Shown here piece by piece: positions 59,319 to 64,000 of a DNA stretch of 64,000 nucleotides. This stretch comes from Azolla caroliniana. Taxonomy: Eukaryota; Plantae; Polypodiophyta. Every line of letters begins with the position of its first letter. Within the stretch, counting starts at the first letter, position 1. A program made the position numbers and the translations under genes. The notes beneath the pieces are model-generated. The model searched no databases. It worked only from the letters and a program-made list of their open reading frames with translations, and was not told the DNA's origin. The stretch covers positions 9,734,001-9,798,000 of the forward strand of contig JBHGNT010000016.1 in NCBI GenBank assembly GCA_043228905.1, written 5' to 3'.

Positions 59319-62300
59319 ACACCGACTCACGCACACGTACACACCCGCACACACAACCCGACCCGACCCGCACCTTATGTACAGGAAACGCAGGAAAGGG
59401 GAAGCACTCGACACCAACAAAGACGCCAATATACACAGACAGACGCAAACGTATATGTATATATATAAGAAGAATACATTCCCGGCTTCGAGCCGGACTG
59501 AGGTAGGTTACAGTAGTCGTCTGCCGCCAAGCCGCCGTCAGGGAGCTCACGGGCTCGTCGCGCCGAACGGGGTCTTGCGCAGGAGATGAGCTGAAGCAAA
59601 CCCTAAACGAACACGAAGGAGAAGAAGAAGAAGAAGTTAACTCTAAACCTAACGGTATACGCTCTAATGCAAAATGGGCAACCCTTTCACAAAGGGCGTT
59701 CCCTCCCTTTTATAGAACAAGGAGAGGGATGCGTTAGAATGTGGGACAAATCCCGCCTTACATGGGATCGTCTGCCCCGACTTGACTACTCTTCGGTGCC
59801 ATAAAGGCGCCCTCGATATTCACACTAAATGTACATGGGTGCGTACACACGTTGCACCCCGCCGATGCAGCCAATGTTCCCGGTTTCCGCCTCTGGCCGA
59901 AATTCTTCATGACACCGCGTTGTACGTGAAAGGACTAAAGGTTGAATCGGATATCGACCTATGGCACAAGAGGTTCAACCATGTAAATTTCCCATGGCTT
60001 CATGAAATGCAGACAAAGAACATTGTTTTAGGGTTGCCAAAATTTCGTGGCCGGAGTGGCCAAGTCTGCGAAGCTTGTCATATGGGAAAACAACACTGAC
60101 TTCCATTCCCCAATGAGCATAATCGTAGTCCAAGTCCGCCGGATTTTATCCATTCGGATGTGTGGGGACCGGCATAGAACATGAGAGTCGGTGGAAGCCG
60201 TTACTTTGTAACCTTCATTGATGACTTCACTCGGCACACGTGGGCATGTACGATTGAGACGAAGAGAAAAGTCTTTGCATGTTTCCTGAAGGTAAAGAGC
60301 CTTGCAGAAAGGGAAACGAGGCGTAAGATCAATTGCCTACGGTCCGATGGCGGGAAGGAGTACTTCTCCGACCAGTTCACGAGTTATCTATAGGAGGGAA
60401 TTCGGCGTGAATTCTCGTGTTGAGATTTGCCGAAAAAGCCGTTAAATCGGGTAATTACGATTTAGGCCGATCTACCCGCTAGAAGAACCCACCTCGTAAA
60501 AAGATACGGGTATAGTGAGTACATGGCGCACCATTACGCGTACATGACGCGAGTGGCTAAAGTGCGTGAGCCAGAGAGCTATGCAGAAGCGGGGAAAGAC
60601 GCAAACTGGCGTACCGCGATGGAGAAAGAGATGCGCACCTTAACGCAGAACGAGACATGGGACTTGGTTGACGCACTAAAGGGTGTAAAGCCGATCGGAT
60701 GCAAGGGGTGGCACTTACATCAGATGGATGTAAAGCATGTGTTCCTGCAAGTTGAGCTTGAGGAACAGGTGTACATGATACATACCGCTGGATTTCTATC
60801 CGAACGAAACACCTTGGTAGTTTGCCGAGTGAAGAAGTCATCGTATGAACTTAAGCAAGCCCCGCGAGCCTAGAATGCGAAGATTACGCAACAACTGCGT
60901 AAGATGGGCTTTTTGACATCAAAGTCTGACTCTTCATTATTAGTTCGGCAAGGTCAATATGGTCCGGTTAATCTTCTATTGTATGTTGATGATTAGTCAT
61001 CGTTGGTGCCGATATAGAGGAAATCCGCTACGTAAAGTCTCAGCTTGTGGCATCATTTGAAATGAAGGATCTTGGAGACCTTCAATACTTCCTCGGGATC
61101 GAAGTGATCCGTACCCCCGAAGGCATATTGATCAGCCAACGTCATTACGCGCTGAATATGATCTTCAATTTTGGGATGGCAAATTATAAGCCCATTTCGA
61201 CCTGTCTGGACAGAAACGTAAAGCTTCACTGAGATTCAGGAAAGGCATGCGACCCGACACAGTTTCAACAGATGGTCAGAAGCCTCATCTATTTGACGAT
61301 TAATCGGCTAGTTCTTGGTTATCCATTCGGCCTAATCCGCCAATTCATGTCGCAGCCCACAGCCGAACACTTTTAGTGTGCACAACGAATATTGCATTAT
61401 TTCAGCGGCACGGAAGACATGGTGTTGTTTTATCGGGCAGTCATAGCCGAACAGTTGGTCGACTACACGGATGCCGATTGGACCAGAAACGCCCACGATC
61501 ATAGATTCACATCCAGAAATGCATTCTCTCTAGGAAGTGTTGTGATTGTGTGGAGAAGCAAAAAGCAGCCGATAGTGGCACTGTCGAGCACGGAGGTCGA
61601 ATATCGAGGGGCGACTGTCGCTACATGCGAAGTCATTTGGTTGAAACGGCTATTACAGGATCTGCAGGTAGAGTTGTCTGATTCGACAACGATCTATTGT
61701 GACAACCTTAGCAGTATCCACCTTTCGAAGAACCCCGTGTTCCACGCCTAGACCAAGCACATTGAGGTGCATTACCATTTTGTCTGCGAGCACGTCCTTT
61801 CAGGTGAAGTCGAACTGGCGTATGTTTCGACGGATCGGCATGTTGCCGACATCTTCACCAAGCCTTTTGGTCCCGACAAGTTACGGCATTTCTCGGGTGA
61901 GCTAGGGTTGCGTCACCTTGACACGCCGAACTTGAGGGGGAGAAAGGAAGAATAGGAACAAGAGCGTGAAAGGAGCGGAGATGTTCATCACGACAGAAGT
62001 GACCGTGATGAGGAATTAGACGAAGAATTCAATTTCGAACCGGCTGAAGAAGCCGAAGAAAGGAGCAGGGGCCGCAATCGTAGGGAAGAGCCGATGATAG
62101 CCAAATCAGGGGGAAATATAGTCAAGAAGGGTACAAAGGCCAAGACCAAGACGTGGTTTGATGTAGTCAAAGGCCTGAAAACTGAAGACGAATTGGAGAC
62201 AACCAATTCGGATGAGAGTAGAATTGAATCGAAAGTGTTTGATTCAATCGGAATGTTTGATTTGGACACGCCGAATCAACTAAAGGCCATGCAGAAAAAA

Positions 62301-62878
62301 GGGCAACGAAGGACGCACCGACACCGTGGCAGCAAGGGAGCTAAGAAGGGCCGAACAAGTAGACAAGCCGACCGTAAGGGTTGAAGCGCACGGAATCAAA
62401 CGGGTCAAGGAGCGCGAGCAAGGCGTGAAGCCAGAAGGAACCGAAGCGTAGATCCGGAGGAGTGGACGGAACTTCAAGTTGAGCTTGAGGGGGAGTGTTG
62501 AGAGACAAGCTCAACATTCAGTGCATAATCGGGTGCGTAAACTGGGTGAGTAAAACTGTGCGTACAATAGGCCGTAGTGGTGCGTAAACCTCGAGGCCGT
62601 TAGAAAGATATTCCTCGAAAGGAATAGTTTTGGGAGTGAGTGTAGCGTCTCATTTATGAGCATCAAGTATTGTCAGTACTTGTGTCAGCCCGATTGTTAG
62701 GGTTTTTATAAAAGGCGCTCATTGAGCACGATGTACAAAATACAGAGAGTGTCATAATTTTTGAAATTGAACTAAGTTGTCTGCTCTGCCTCTCCATCTC
62801 CATCTCTGTGTTTTCTGAGTTCTCTGAATTGTGTACTCTGTGTTTCACATACGCTTCCGCACAACGTATTCTTTTACA

Positions 62879-63341
62879 ACGTGGAAAACCCCAAATGGGA
62901 AAAAACCACGGGAGTCCCCAAACTCCAACTCTCACTACGCAAGGAGAATACAGCAGGGGAACACAGAGACAACGACCTCGTGCTCACAATCTTCGCCTGG
63001 CGGCAGTTACAACAAAGACTCTCTCTCTCTCTCTCTCTCTCTCGTTCCTCTGCTACACTCTGTACAACAATTACACCAATAACTCTATACAAAATAATGA
63101 CGTATATACTTACACTGTTTGCCCTAGGTCATATTTATACTAATATGACTTTCGGGCTATTTAAAAATATAGCCCCAATGGGCTAACAGAAACATATTTA
63201 CATATATGTCCCTTGATCCGGTGAGAGGTTCTCACTGGGCCTGCATCATCCGGTTCTCACCGGGTCTTCCTTGTCGGGCCTTCATCATCCGGTTCTCACC
63301 GGGCCTTCATCATCCCATCCGGAGGGACCGAAATCCTAACA
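62879..63341 (-). repeat. Truncated LTR of the same family as the 28188 solo LTR
   Basis: Minus strand TGTTAGGATTTCGGTCCCTCCGGATGG, CCGGTGAGAACCGGATG repeats, AAGGGACATATATGTAAATATGTT. Confidence 0.85.
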
Positions 63342-63829
63342 AAGACATGCATACAATTTATGAAAGGCAATGCATGATTGCCATTTGGCTCTCATGCATG
63401 ACATGTGATGCATGATAACCACGTCACTCATTCAAGCTCTCATGTATGAGAATTTACATGTGAAAAATATAATGATGAAAATATAGTTTTAAGAAAACAA
63501 CTTAACGTAGTGGTAAGTCAATTGTCTCCTATCTTGGAGGTGCAATGTTTAAAACGTTACTTGCACCCCTCAATATGCACAAAATGCCATAGGCCCTAGG
63601 TTTATTTTCAAGTATTTTGTGTAATGTTCGCACAGCACACGTGTACATGTTTATCCATAAATCTAGCCTTTCTTTTCCTGATTCTCATGTCATTCATATT
63701 TACAACATGCTAACGCACACATGTAAGGTGCACATTGCACCTTCTCGATTTAGTTTGTTCCACACGATTTTCGCACCATTGCCAAAATTTGCACGACAGC
63801 AGCCACAGTAATGGATACATTTCCACTAC

Positions 63830-64000
63830 CATTAAATATATAGCTTCTTGGATGGGTTCAACGGCTACAACCAGATTCACATGCATCCGGATGATTAGGA
63901 GAAGACAACATTTGTTACTGAATGGGGGGGGGGGGGGGGGGTCTTTGTCGTTGTAGTAATAATGTTCGAATTGAAGAGCGCCTTGACGTCATTTCAGTGT
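63830..64000 (+). pseudogene. Gypsy (Athila/Tat-like) RT fragment
   Basis: YSFLDGFNGYNQIHMHPDD*EKTTFVTEWG...MFELKSA. Confidence 0.75.

Larger units (their letters stand above)
54709..59914 (-). mobile_element. Non-autonomous Gag-only LTR retroelement (Gypsy-type gag), tRNA-Trp primed
   Basis: LTRs 54709-55500 and 59143-59914 (TGTCGCG..GACA); PBS at 59121-59138; PPT GGTGGGGGCGGA at 55501-55512; flanks CCGT/CCGC (4-bp TSD with one mismatch). Confidence 0.93.
53942..62878 (+). mobile_element. Copia copy D: 5'-truncated, internally deleted, split by the Gag-only element; 3' LTR 62496-62878
   Basis: CWYCGMKGHKESEC, WYVDS, DLWHKRFNH, FIDDFTRHTW, MKDLGDL, SKKQPIVALSS; PPT at 62484-62495; LTR TGTTGAG...TTTTACA. 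Confidence 0.9.

Overview
Eukaryotic, repeat-dense plant nuclear DNA, probably from a non-seed plant such as a fern (inferred from the transposon types, not proven). It holds only two host genes. One is a 5-exon ATOS/FAM214-like gene (DUF4210 + Chromosome_seg; +, CDS 12722-18857, about 556 aa) with a Copia fragment in its last intron. The other is an intronless nuclear PsbTn-like photosystem II 5-kDa lumen protein gene (-, 38663-39037). Most of the remainder is nested LTR retrotransposons: (1) a Met-primed chromovirus-type Gypsy (-, 1-10970) whose 5' LTR is split by a complete Tcn1/Tf1-sushi-like chromovirus (+, 5210-10918, TSD AATAC); (2) a Tnt1/Tork-like Copia containing a solo LTR; (3) five related Copia copies with a duplicated PPT and a charged tail after RNase H, one complete (40819-47078, TSD AAAAG) and one lacking RT/RNase H (30292-34126, TSD GGGAG); (4) a Gag-only, tRNA-Trp-primed element with a 4-bp TSD (54709-59914). 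A decayed Sola/DUF7869-like DDD transposase lies at about 51784-53941. The best leads are the self-priming PBS and -1 frameshift pseudoknot of the Tcn1-like element, the Gag-only Trp-primed element, the post-RNase H Copia extension and the 4-Cys PsbTn variant. Coordinates were read by eye, and family names are motif-based without database searches.
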